Source of the DNA: Phoronis australis
Taxonomy: Eukaryota; Animalia; Phoronida
Assembly (NCBI GenBank): GCA_002633005.1
Contig: NMRA01000376.1
Location: 155,564 to 219,563, forward strand
Direction: 5' to 3'
Length of the DNA: 64,000 bases
Shown: positions 1 to 12,246 of the stretch, piece after piece
Position numbering within the stretch: the first letter of the stretch is position 1
Layout: every line of letters begins with the position of its first letter
Program-made: the position numbers and the translations under genes
The notes under the pieces: model-generated
What the model saw: only the letters and a program-made list of their open reading frames with translations
The model's database searches: none
What the model was told of the DNA's origin: nothing

Positions 1-563
1 CTCGCTGGTTCCCTGCGTGCCGCTAGATGGGGCGGTAGCCGCGCCAGCACGCAGGTATCACTTAAATTTCCTCTGTAAATTTTTTTACACCGGCGTTTCT
101 GATTGGCTAGTCGAATTCTCAACAGGCAGCGCTTTGCGCAAACAAACTGGCATGACTGATGGACTGAAGTGTAAATGTGGTCTGTTGTACAGACAAATCG
201 GTGCTTAAAATTATGTTCAGGAAATGTGAAGCCTAGAAATTGTAATATTGAGCCTTTTCGGAATACATCTTTCTACTGTCGATGACTTTTGTTTACGATA
301 GTGTCCTTATACAGTATGAATAACACACCGGTTAAATCGGCCACATAATATGTGTTTATTGTGCATGTATGTGCTTCAAGCACGCGGCTATTAAACATCA
401 CTTCAGAAACGACAAGGCTAAAAATCGTTCACAGTCCGCCATTTTTTCACGGTGTTGTAAAGCTAACCAATGACTGCCAAGATTACATCGACCAATGCTA
501 AAGCACGTGCCACTAGGTGATACCTGCGTGCTGGCTGGGCTAAGCACGCAGGGAACCAGCGAG
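1..563. mobile_element. Non-autonomous DNA transposon (MITE), family A, copy 1
   Basis: Perfect 20-bp TIR ctcgctggttccctgcgtgc (1-20) / gcacgcagggaaccagcgag (544-563), plus a subterminal inverted pair gccagcacgcaggtatcac / gtgatacctgcgtgctggc. A homologous reverse-oriented copy lies at 52045-52648. Confidence 0.85.
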
Positions 564-579
564 GCAGTCACACCAGTTG

Positions 580-1039
580 TGACCTATTTTTCCTTTGGCG
601 AAATTTAGCAGACGACAGAATAAAAATATCGGTGAATCTTCACTGATTTTGTTCGAAAGATCCTGAAATCTATGGAATCGTACAGATAATTCGACTTTAA
701 GGTGCATACCCAGCTACATGAACATATCATACCAGTGGCCTTGCTTGTCATTTGTCAGGAAGGATAACCCCGATCGAAGGGTTCTTCGGATTTTCGCTGG
801 CTCCTCGAACACTTATTTTTTCATCGTCACCTTTACAAATTCCCATGTCATGAACGTATGATTCTCTGTTGAAAAGCATCGCCTGTTGTCTTTGTCGAAG
901 CGTTTTCAAATAGGTCAAAAACCACTCATCGATTCCACCAGGAACGTCGTTTAGCGACCGTGTATTTGCCTCTGACATCTTGTTGGTTTGTCGGGTATCA
1001 CGTGACTTTTTGCATAGGGGCGGAGCTTGCTTTAGGTCA
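580..1039 (-). mobile_element. Decayed DNA transposon fragment with SWIM-zinc-finger-like ORF start (ISL2EU/KolobokE accessory-protein-like)
   Basis: ORF 978-748 (MSEANTRSL...KISVRGASENPKNP) is followed after a frameshift by ICSC-x-(A)G-like sequence (tgttcatgtagctggg on the minus strand), resembling the SWIM motif of YqaJ-type accessory proteins. Short inverted ends tgaccta (580-586) / taggtca (1033-1039). Confidence 0.3.
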
Positions 1040-1077
1040 ATTCGGTTAAATTTAAATCGTTACAGTGCTCTATCGAG

Positions 1078-1400
1078 AAGTCTGTGTATTTAGCCAAAGA
1101 TCTACAAAACTGTAGAATATAAATAATTATGTAAATGTGTATATCTTCCGCAACTAGAAAGCCTGTATAATTTCATTTTTGACCTAATGCAGTGTGCCAG
1201 TCTGCCATTCATTGGGTCACGTGACCATGTCTTTTAAATAAAACTTACCAAAAAGAAAGGTACATTCACATCCCAACAACGGCACCAGCAGTCTGGCCAA
1301 ATTTCGTTTGATATAGATGCTAAAGATGAAATTTTCAACAAAAAATGCAACAGTTTTTAAATGTTCATCTCATTTTTCTTTTTATGCAACTTTTGACTTT
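1078..1400 (+). repeat. Interspersed repeat family B, copy 1 (second copy at about 56972-57210)
   Basis: Shared blocks aagtctgt[g/t]tatttagccaaa..tctacaaaact, aaaaagaaaggtacattca and tttatgcaacttttga occur in the same order at both loci. Confidence 0.75.
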
Positions 1401-1732
1401 TTTGTATCGCCTCGTATAAAGAGTGGAACACTTTGAAAACAATTCCTAACTGGCTATTTTAGAATAGCGCAAAAACTTCGTATCGGTAATTTTCGTATCA
1501 GTGAATCCGAGCAACCATTTCTGGGATACGATGTTCCGATGTTGTTCAAATTCAGACATTTTTCTAGCGTCCAATTTTAAACTCCACAAAACGAAGTTTG
1601 TGACAGCGAGTCTTCACGATGAAGCAAAATAAAGTTCATTGTTATCATGTGTAATTTGGAAGGAAAAGTACCTAAACAAAACAACTGCACCCCCAAATAT
1701 AAACCAATGGTGGCCATGCATGGAGGTTTTAA

Positions 1733-2198
1733 AGGGAAGGCAACCTTTTTTCGTGTCATTTTTAGTAAAAATACGGTTCGCTGATTATCCCAGACATATG
1801 CTTCGGTTAACCACGGCTCTTCGTAATATTATTAATTAGTCGTGCACGGTTCGTTGATTATCCCAGACATATTAATAATGGCTTCCCGTAATTTTATTTA
1901 TTAGTCGCGCCTTACTCCGGAAGCGACGTTTAGGGGTTAAGAATTTCCCACCATTTTGTTTTTATATAGTCTGACTGTGGGATTTGTAGAGTCAATCATT
2001 GTTTTACTTCGGTTGCGATAAGTTCGTTTGTTGTTTGTTTACAAGTCAGTCAACATGCCGCACGTCTGCTGCGTACTGGGGTGTATTCATTGTCGTCTCA
2101 CGCGCACTTTGAGTATGCTACTACATCGCTTTCTGAAAGATGACACTCGCCGCCGTACTAGGTTCGTTCGTGTGAAGAACGCTCCAAATCTACAATAA
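1733..2198 (+). mobile_element. Kolobok-like transposon left end with degenerate THAP-domain ORF (2055-2198)
   Basis: TTAA|agggaaggcaacc terminus at 1729-1745. 2055-2198 translates MPHVCCVLGCIHCRLTRTLSMLLHRFLKDDTRRRTRFVRVKNAPNLQ*, matching the THAP N-terminus (MPxxCCVxGC...HRFPKD..RR..W) with P>L and W>R decay. Internal ~70-bp tandem duplication at 1773-1910. The right end was not found. Confidence 0.55.
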
Positions 2199-5193
2199 AC
2201 TTATCAAAGTTTTATCTCACAGGTCTGACCACTGGCTGTCGAACTTGGCCTGTATTGATTCCCACTACTCAACTCCTCGCCTTTGAAGTGTTCTTTTTTT
2301 CTCGCGGTCCGTTTTTTGCGGACGCGGCAGGAGATTGGCGAGTTTCCTACTGGCCTTTGGTCTTGGTGACGTCAGTCCGCCGGCTTAATTTTACTCCCTC
2401 CAGCTTCCATCACATACTTCGGGCTTGTCACTGCCAAATTTGGTACTCGGCTTCGCGGAAATTATGGCTTATGTTTTTTTTCACATTTCACCTGTGTTTT
2501 GTCACGAGAAAATCCCTGCACGCTTTGCTGCCTTTTTCTTTCCGCAGGATGTTACGCGGGCACACTCGAATGTTTACAAACCGTTCATTCCGTGTTAGTA
2601 CAAGACTGGACTGTTTGCAAACAAAAAAAGCTTTCCGAGTGCACTACTAAGTTTTATATTTTACAACCCACAGTAAGGAATAAAATAGTCACTATGTGTG
2701 TTTTACATGGCGATTATCCATTTCTTTTGAGCCAAAAAATCGAACACAATGACGCACTATTTCACCACGAGTTACGGGTGCTTCGGTCTACTTGTGTTCA
2801 CGGTCTTCGTAAAAAGTTCTTCTCTTGCGATCAGCTGGTACCCGTGAGAAAGCACGGCTACTAGATAACCAATACATAACGTTTGTTACTTTTTAGCAGA
2901 TCGCTGACTGATATTTGTCCTTTTCAGGATAGGTGACTTAGGGTTTGGTATTTACATAGTAAAAAAGGAAGAGCTGAGTACTGTACGGTGTTATGATGTT
3001 TAAAAATTATATGACAATTTTCAATTGTTATTAGAAATTAATTAAAAAAACCAAAGGTAACAGCTGGTATCATTAGGCAGTTGCTGTGTTCCTAATTATT
3101 GCATACATTTTCAAGCCAGGAAACCATAAATTTTAACAATCGTTGATGAGCGCAGAAAAAGAGTGTTTATAACACAAAAATAGTAGTCGGAAATTCATAT
3201 TCATGGCCATGTCTTGAATTAAAATTCTTAACAGGAAATCCCATACACGCCGTTGTAGTTAACAGAATAATAAATACAATTTGCAAGTCCTGTGCAATTA
3301 CTTGCGCGTCTGTAATAGTTGCGGCAATCTCTGTGATAAAGCATGATATTATAGGAAAAAGTGGTAATGTGACTGCAAACGTCCAAGCATCATTTCCGCG
3401 CACATATTACAGGTTGTACGTTTCTTTGATCATCAAGAATTTAACAAAATATATGGTTCCACTAGTTGAGTATTCAGACATGGCTGTATTTTATCAAAAT
3501 CTGCAGGTGTTGATGGATTTCAATGAAAATCAGTGGGGATGCTGTTTGTGACATGTAAATCACGAAAATATTCATTTTGAGAAAAACAAATATTCGGTTG
3601 CCATGGAAACGTTCAAATAACGTAATATCAATAGGTCCACGAGAAACTTTATAACTCGTTAACCTGTGGATATTTTTTCATATCTCTTTTCTTTGAATTG
3701 TACTAAAACTAAAAACCTACAATACTACACGAGAAAATTTGAAATTTCTTAGCAGTTACTTTCTATACGGTACTGAAACTTGCAAAAAAATGGGAAAACA
3801 TGTTTTTCAAAAAATCTTATTTTTCTGTTGAAATTTCAAAGAAATGCTCATGTAGTTTTATAGATATTCATGTAAAGACAATGTATGTCAAATTTCATAA
3901 GTATAGATCAAACAGTTTTTATTTACAACATTTCATAGCAAAAATGTACATTTCTAGAAACGCAAGAAAGAAAGTTACCGAATCATTTTTTCACGTCACA
4001 TCCTGTTATATGTGATATAAATCACAGTTTTACAGTATTTTTAATATAATTTAGTCAGTGTTCATCCCAGCACCATAAGTTTCTCCTTCCTGGTCTTCCT
4101 GCTGAGATATTTCGCGATTTCTGGTGGCCGTAAAAGACTTTTTCAACGACCTATTCCATGCAAGCATTCCAAAAGCTTGGTGCCAATCAGCCAAAGTGAC
4201 CTGTAGCCTAAACACAAGTGTGACGGATTTGCACGAATTTTGTTTTTAGGTTTACAGGCTTTGTTTGTTGTTAATTTATTTTCACAAATGCTGAAGTTAA
4301 AAACAGAACAGCTATGAAAATTGAAATTAATTCGTGATAATTACTATCTTCATGGGCGATGCTTACGCAAAATTATAACAATAAAAATAACGTCATCTTG
4401 TGAAAACGCAATCTTAAGATTTTGATTGGAAGCGGCACTTCGAAAAAGACAATACGTCACACAGAGATGATTACGTTGAATAGCGCGCAGTAATTAATAA
4501 CAAAACAAAACAAAACAGTTCAGTTTTGGTAACTATAAAACGTTACACAATTTTTCGAAAAAACACATAACACTTTAAGGATGTTCCATGATTTCCTTTC
4601 AAAAACTCTATTTCTTTGTAAATAAAGTCAACTGTTAGTTTCTTCTGTCGTCTTCATTCTGGCACTATATTTAGCGCGCATAATTTTCGTGTCAGTTTTA
4701 ATCATTTGTTTTTATCCTGACGACTATAGTCAAGAAATTGCAAAAGCGATTTTTAAAAAGTTGAAGAAATTTCAAGAAAATCTTAGCAAACAAGGAACTG
4801 CGGTTGAACATTTTTGTAGATAGGTAAGTCCAGGGATGTGTGATCCAAATTTCTGCCCAATTATGTCCAAGATGTGAGAACTGTTCATCGTTATACGGGT
4901 CCGTGATAACGGTCAACGAAACAAAATCTGCCATTCCTCGAAAAAAGGCAAAGTTGTTTGTCGCAGAAGTGACACGAATTCAAAGCGTACCGAATCGTTA
5001 CTTTGGGTGTGTCGATGCTCTGGCTTCGATTAGAGGTCATTCAAACAATTTTGGCAGGCTGAAACATTAGCAACGGACAAAAATGGCACCACGAAAAATC
5101 AAACAAAAATTAGCACTAGTTCAAGGACGTCACGATTCTCTGTGATCATGTTGAATTCATACTTTCTAACTTCATATTTCAAGCTACTGCTAT

Positions 5194-5441
5194 GGAGCCC
5201 ATTCCAACAAAACTGACTTAGCTAAGACAAATCTTAAATCTTAGTGACTTTTTAAATAAAAGTTGAATTTGTCTCAAAACCAATTCAAGAAAGAGATCTT
5301 AAGTTTGACTTAAGTGTTTGACATAAGTTTTGTCTTAATTATAACTAAGTTACCGAATGTATATGTTTCAAAGTTTGGAAGTTAAGACAAATCTTAAACT
5401 TAAGTCAAAAATGAACTTAAGTCAGTTTCTGATGAGGACTG
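5194..5441. mobile_element. Palindromic MITE (Harbinger/Tourist-like)
   Basis: Inverted aaactgactta (about 5210-5220) / taagtcagttt (5418-5428), with repeated internal taagacaaatcttaa motifs. Confidence 0.5.
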
Positions 5442-8400
5442 AATTCTGGGTTAGAGAGTAAATGACACGTGGTTTGTGACCATGCTTGGTATATAAAATA
5501 AACGGCCATGACAAATTAAGCCAGTAAATTGATCCTGACCTTCAGCAGCAACAAACTCTCAGTTCTCTGATAGCCCAGAAGTCTCCTCTCATCCCAGAAA
5601 GGAACCATAATAAGACCAATTTTACAAGTGGTCTATTCAAAAGTTATTCTTGACAGAATCTGGGTTTATTGCAGCTTAACTAATGAATTCTAACAAAAGT
5701 TTTTGCTTTTCCTTGTGGGATTGTGGGCTCAACTATCATACTGGAGCCAATTTGTAATGTGCAATGTAGGCCTCCCAACGATTTCACTTTTTGAAATCTA
5801 GATCTACCCAATGAATTTCTTGAGTTAAGGAACATCCATTTTTGTTATTGATCTAAATAAAAAATTGCTTACTGTATCAATTAGATTTTTCAGGCTGATG
5901 GATGACACAAGGACTTCTCTTTGACACCATGAGCTGTCGAGAATTATCTCCCGGTACCCGCCAATAGTCACCAACCTTAGGGGCTAACGTAAATTTATTT
6001 AGCCGTACCGTTTCCAAACTACTTTGAAATCTTTGGACTGAGATGTATGATTGGCTAAGTTTGCACGCGAGCAGGTGGTTTCTGACACGAGATTAGTGGG
6101 CTCATAGCCGTGAATAACCCAAGGTACGGGGACTTATACCTGGGTGTGGGATTATAGCAGAGAGTGTATGGTATGTCCAAAACGAGGTAAAATATTTTGT
6201 TTGTATGGGCTACTCCAGATCTTGGTTGTCCAGTTTGCGACAATGAGAACTAACCTGTTTAATGTTTGCAGATCAAGTAAAAAACAATGGGCCGCAGAGA
6301 CAAGCGTTCCAAGACAAAGTGTCACAAATGATCATCCGTCAGAAGCAGACCGCTTGTGTAAGCTGAAAAACACTTTAGGTTTGTCTGCAAAAGGGGCAAT
6401 CATAAAGCGCCATCTACACAAGCCGGTTGCAGGCATACCCTCATTTGAACAGTTTATTGAAAGACATAGAGCGCTGAACATGGCCAACACATCTGTACAA
6501 ACACGTCTTCAGACAAGTGATGAAATCCCTTCCAAGGAGCAAGTATTACCTGCCATAGAAAATCGTGCACATGGTCAATAAAAAATAGTAAGCTCTGGAA
6601 CAGCAACGGCACTTGCGAAAGACAAGTCCAAACTAAACAGCATGCAAGCGTCGACAGGCGCGGTGCTGAACCCGGGTGAAAATAAGGTCCTCCAATACGA
6701 CAGAAAAGCGGTCCTGGAGACGAGATTATAACCAGGTACTGCCAGTCAAGACTCCAACAATCATTGTGGCAAGTTACAAGGGTATTTGAGATACCACTGC
6801 CTGCGTCGTCTATCAAGAATCCCCCACCGCACGTGACAGTGCTTTCAGATGTTGTTCTGATGCAGTCATGTCCTTTCCAGACTTGCACTCGCTGGACGCA
6901 TGCTGTTCTGTATTGGACGACTCATCATTGATGGAGACATTCTCTTCTGTAGTGAACGACTCTAGCGCATTGGTGTCTGGAATGTCATGTGATTCGTCCC
7001 CCTTAGTATCATCACTGCAGGTGGCGCTGACTGGTACATCACTATAATATTGCTTTATCTCCTAGGGTCTCTCTTGTCGCGTGGAACATTGTGAATCAGA
7101 ATTGACTTCTATCATAGTATTGTCACCCAGAATACGCATGTCTTGCATAGAAGCCGCTAACCATCTCTGTCTTTGTAGAGCTGTGCATTGTCGTCAGGCG
7201 AACTACCACCTGTGAAACTCGGCAAATCGGGCCGACCTGGCATTTGACAAAGCTAGCTCTTATCGTTCTTGCTCTTAATATATTTGTCACATTCACAGTC
7301 TTCATCAACACTAATTGGTTCCTTCTGATACTTCTCTGTGACTGGGTACCTATTGATTTTGTTAAATTTAGGCCAGTAGTCTTGATTACCATCACTCTCT
7401 GCAAGGTTTGAACCATGTTCGGCTGCCCTTGACAACAGGTTCGCAGCAAATCTTTTGGTTATCTTCCTAAATTGTTCGTCACGCATCCTCTGCATTTGGG
7501 CTTCTCTGCTACCAAACTCATCATGCGCTTTTCTGGACACCACGGCGATCTCAGTACCACACCAAAATGTCTTGATTTATAAGAAATGTTCAATTTGTTC
7601 TCAACAGCTGAACCCTGGCAACTTTTGTTTGTACTAACTAACGTTGTCACTGAAATGTTCTTCTCGAAAGACGAAACCCGGCTAGTTCTTGTACCAACTA
7701 AAATTTTCCCTTGACATTCATATGGGCATCACGACTCTTCTCCACATCCAGCTGCATCAAACCGCCAGCCACGGCCTCCTTCGTTCGAGGAATATTCAGA
7801 GCAGTAATTCAAAAGCCAAACAAATTTCCGTGTCCGATGTTACCCAAGAGAGGTAGGCATTAAGACTAATGATGAAAAACTCAGTGACGCGTATGTACTT
7901 AATCATGTTGATGAGCTGAAGTCAAACAAAGTTAAAGCGGACTATGATTTGACAACCGACGTGTTGCCAGCGGAAGCTCGTTGACAATGTCAGCCATGAA
8001 GGATGACAATCGTCGGGAGAACATGTTGAAAGCAGAAAGTTTCTATCCTGATCTGAAACTCAAGGCTTTGATGTCTGACAATATAAAAATGAAAGCTTCT
8101 AACGATACTTTATGCAATGGTGTCAAAGAATTTCCACAGCCTTCTGCGCAAACTCATTTTTGTGATCATGAAGTCAAGGTTTTGGTGTCTCACATCATAG
8201 CAGAGGAACTTTATGACAGTAATTTGAGCAAGAGCACCGGAGAATGTCCACAGGAAACTGTATAATCTTCCACTCTTGATCACATAGACTCATGACTTTG
8301 ATGTCTGGGTGCATGGAAGTGAAAATTATTGATAACATTTCAAGCAACAACACCGAAGGAAAGCCTCCATACCCTTCTGTGCCAACTTGCTGTTTTGATT

Positions 8401-8739
8401 AGAAACCAATAGTTTCGAAGTCTGACAGCCTAGAAGAGACAGTTATTGACAATGCTCTAAGCAACGGGAAAAGAATATTCCTGCAGTTGTCTGGGCGAGC
8501 GCCAACTGTAGCGGAAGTTAAATTTACATCCGTTGCCATCAAAACTCAGGCTGTTGTGACACTGAAATGTTTTGACACTATTCAGAGTGGAGAAAATGAA
8601 ATGAAAGTTCATCTGCAGCAAAGAGATCGTGAGCAGAGGACTCTTAGAGGTGGATTGCCTCGACCGGGAATGCTGAATGTTCAGAATAGCAGATTGGAAC
8701 AATTATTTCTGATCATTACACGACGGAGAACCAAGAGGA

Positions 8740-9885
8740 TAAAAACTGTCTTGGGATACTTTAAATATGAAATTTACACACAAATCAATAAAAATTTCAA
8801 AGTAAGCAACAGTTACAGTTATTCATAGATCAAATAAATTAATTAACCACACAAGTGGAAAAAGAACCCAGTAATCACCCGTGGCAGTGTGAATTAAATA
8901 AATGTAAATTAAATCTCGAGATTTTACAAACCCAAGTAATAAAAGGTAGTATTGTTAGAAGTAAAGCCCAGTGGGTGGAAGAAGATGAAACAATTCCTTA
9001 ATAGTTTTTAAATCTTGAAAAACATAAACATGGGAAAAACATATAACAGAACTGGAGTCAAATAGCAGAGTGACCCAAGACCCAAAAGGGACACAAAACA
9101 TTCAACGAGCTTTCTACGAAGCTCTTTATTCGGAAAAAGACTATGAGGGTATAGACTTCCCTGATATATTCAGTTTGCCTAGTGATAAACTACTGACAGA
9201 TAATCAGTAGAATAAGACATCACAGAGGACGGGCTCTATGAAGTTTTAAAAACAATCCCAAAACAAAATAACACCAGGCAATGACGGTTTAGGATACGAA
9301 TTTTACAAAACGTTTTGAGATACTACTGTCTTGTGTTCGAAAAACGGATTTACTTGTGGTTATTTTAAAGTTCAGAGAGGCCTTCGTCAAGGGGACCCTT
9401 CAAGTAGTCAACATTTTATACTATGTGTGGAGCTCATGAGCCATTATATTAGAAATAACCCCTTAATCAAAGGATTGCATATTGATGGGCATGAAGTCAA
9501 AATAGCCCAGTATGTTGATGATACAATTTTATTTATTCAGGACGAAATGTCTGCAAAAGAATGCTTTGAATTTCTCAGAAGATTTGGTGATGTGTCTGGT
9601 CTTAAATTAAATAAGCGAAAATGCAAGGAAGGTTTTTAGGCCACCAGTCTGAACTTAAGAAACTGTATGATATAAATTAGCCAAAAAGAAATATTAAGTG
9701 TCTGGGCGTTTATTTTGGTAAATACGAAAAGGAAAAAATAGGCAACATTTTGAAGAAAAAATTTCTGAACTTAGGAAAGTTTTGAATATTTGGAAAACAA
9801 GAAAATTGACTATCAAGGGAAGAATTGTCATTGCTGAATCTGTTGCGCTATCCAAATTGATTCACGTCATGTCTGCCCTTGGATT
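8740..9885 (+). mobile_element. Decayed non-LTR retrotransposon ORF2 (L1/Tx1 clade reverse transcriptase), internally deleted
   Basis: Collinear motifs KYEI, KGSIVRSKAQWVEE..FLNLEK, TPGNDGLGYEFYKTF*, VQRGLRQGDP, IAQYVDDTILF, GDVSGLKLNKRKC and IWKTRKLTIKGRIVIAESVALSKL. Several stops and frameshifts. The RT segment between FYKTF and RGLRQGDP is missing. Confidence 0.9.
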
Positions 9886-11837
9886 GACTCAAAGCACAGG
9901 TGACCCTCTCTCCCTTAGTAGAGGTTATGACACTCAAAGCAAAGGTGTCTCTCTCTGTTGGTCGTATCTCGTAGTTAAGACCCAAATCTCCTCCGCCCTT
10001 CTTGTTTCGCAACCGCCTTCACGATGGCGACAACGACTACGACGAAGAGGATACTGATACAAAAACAAGAACAAACGATCTGTAATGGTAACTGGATTAG
10101 GCCTACCAATAATTGTGCAATAAAAAGGCAGCAAAACCTATTATCATTATCATTATCAATACTGTTATTATTGTATGCCTCATAATTGAGAGTGGTTCAG
10201 CCAACATGTCTTCCGAATGAAATGGGTCTTTTCTGCTTACATTTTTTTTGTGTTTCAGAATGAACGTAGTTTTGTTCACATTTTTGCGGTTCTCGTTCAC
10301 GGGCCACGGGGGTCTCTTTAATACGGTTGGACACTTAGATGGATTTTAAAAAAATGCTGGCAGCAATGTAACTTCCTGCACGAATCTAATTACAAAGGTT
10401 TCCAATTCTCAAGCTTCTTTGGTCAACCGAATGAAGATGGAATCGTATGATCGGACAATGCTCAGCGGCCGGCCATCGATTGTAATCAATAACAGCAATT
10501 TTAAGTTAACTACCAAGACGGCCGTATTACCAAGAATTCAATTTTCGAAATATCGTTTTAAGTCAATTTCATAAATATCCGTGGGATGTGTGATGTTAAA
10601 ACATCTCCATGGATACTTGTTACCTTTATCCCGCTTTCTCAGGTAGGGGTTGCAGGACAAACCGCAGCAGTTGGAATTGGAAGGACTAATAGGGTAATGC
10701 GGCCGAGAAAAAATTGTAAAGAATACAACAGCAAAGGATCATGTGGAATTCCAACAATGCGATAACCGCTGGGTTAATGCTGCGAGATTCGAGTGCCGCT
10801 GTGTAATCCTGCCTCCCGTGCAATAACGCTAGGACCTCGCTAAAAAGCAAAATACCTTAACTATTATTTCTGTAGCAATTTTCCAAAATTACCCTTGTTG
10901 TAATAAAAGCTATGGTAAAACATGTCACTAAATATTCATATTTTAGAAAGATATAAATTTCTCTCACCACTTTGCGCCTTTTCACACACATCCAAGTTGG
11001 GTTGTCGGAAGAGTTGCGTTTCACGCCCAACTTGCGTCGGCCGCTACTGTCCAACAAAGTGGCGCCCGACAGTGTTCGACCTGTAGTATCTACATAAATG
11101 TTCTCACTATATTTGGCTTTCTGTCACCAAACTGCTCTGGACTTTGTCGTTTACGTTTCCTCATAGACTTCCCAATCGGGACGTAGAGTGTGGTGGCACT
11201 GGCTTCAGCACTGGCCACCCACGATAAAAAACACAAAATAATTTTGTTACTGAAAAAATACGAATGGGAAACATCCGAAAAATGAGTGCAGCGCTTTTAA
11301 CCTCTATAAAAGGATAGATTTGTCGTGCCGTCTCTGTAAAAGGGTTCATGGCTATTCCCATTGGCACGCGTAAACCCGGTCAAAATTCGTATATAAATTG
11401 ACTGAAATCAGTTCATGTAAAAATAAATTTCAACGAAGACTATAAAACACGAGATGTGAACAACTGGGCTTTCATTTCTTTAATTTAGGACGAAAGAGGG
11501 CAGATACTGATATATAATGTCCACAACTTCTGTGCATGGACAACGCCAGCAAGCATAAACAATTGTTAATGACATTCTATTATGCAAGAATACACACACA
11601 AAGCCCTGACCCTATATTTAATTTTAATAGGATTTTGCAAAATTGATAAAGTAATTAAACGCAGGCATGGTGTGGGATTAATACAACGTGATTTGGATCA
11701 AACACTGTTTGGCTGATAAACATTAAATTCCAGGTTATACATGGTCAACTTGTGCAGAAATGAAACAATTCAAGAATTTCGAGTAATTTGCTGAACAGTG
11801 AAATACCTCAATGCGACAGACGTAGTATAAATAGACA

Positions 11838-12246
11838 ATGGATAAAATCGTGGATAAAGCTAATGAAACCGATGATGACGATGACAATTTAATCAACATT
11901 TACGAAAACGAAGAAACGATCAACGGCTATGGACAAGTAACAAGACCTTCGCTACTGCAAAATGAAAGCGAGAGACAAGGAAATGATAGAAGCGGTAATG
12001 TGCTGCATTCAGCAGCCATTTCGAAACTTGGGAAGGGGCGAGAACCAGGCACCACGAGCGAGACTTCTGAAACACTGAATCCTCGTTTCCACCGAAAAAC
12101 CGTATCATTTCTTCTCGTTGTTACTATGCTGCTAGAGCGTATAGCTTTCTGCGTGATCTACGAGCTCCTGCTTTACCGAATCCGGCTGATGTGTGTCCAC
12201 AGTAACATTGGGCAGAAGGCGGGGATCGTTTCAGCCACTTTTACAG
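11838..12246 (+). CDS. SLC15-like paralog 1, exon 1
   Basis: ATG at 11838, acidic N-tail, TM1 LLERIAFCVIYE, donor ACAG|gtgagt. Confidence 0.8.

Noticed and set aside
2255-2864. Overlapping 131-aa and 121-aa ORFs
   Set aside because: Non-ATG starts, no domain motifs, and they lie within transposon-derived sequence.
3167-3403. Hydrophobic 78-aa minus-strand ORF as a membrane-protein exon
   Set aside because: There is an in-frame stop just upstream, no convincing splice pair and no recognisable family.
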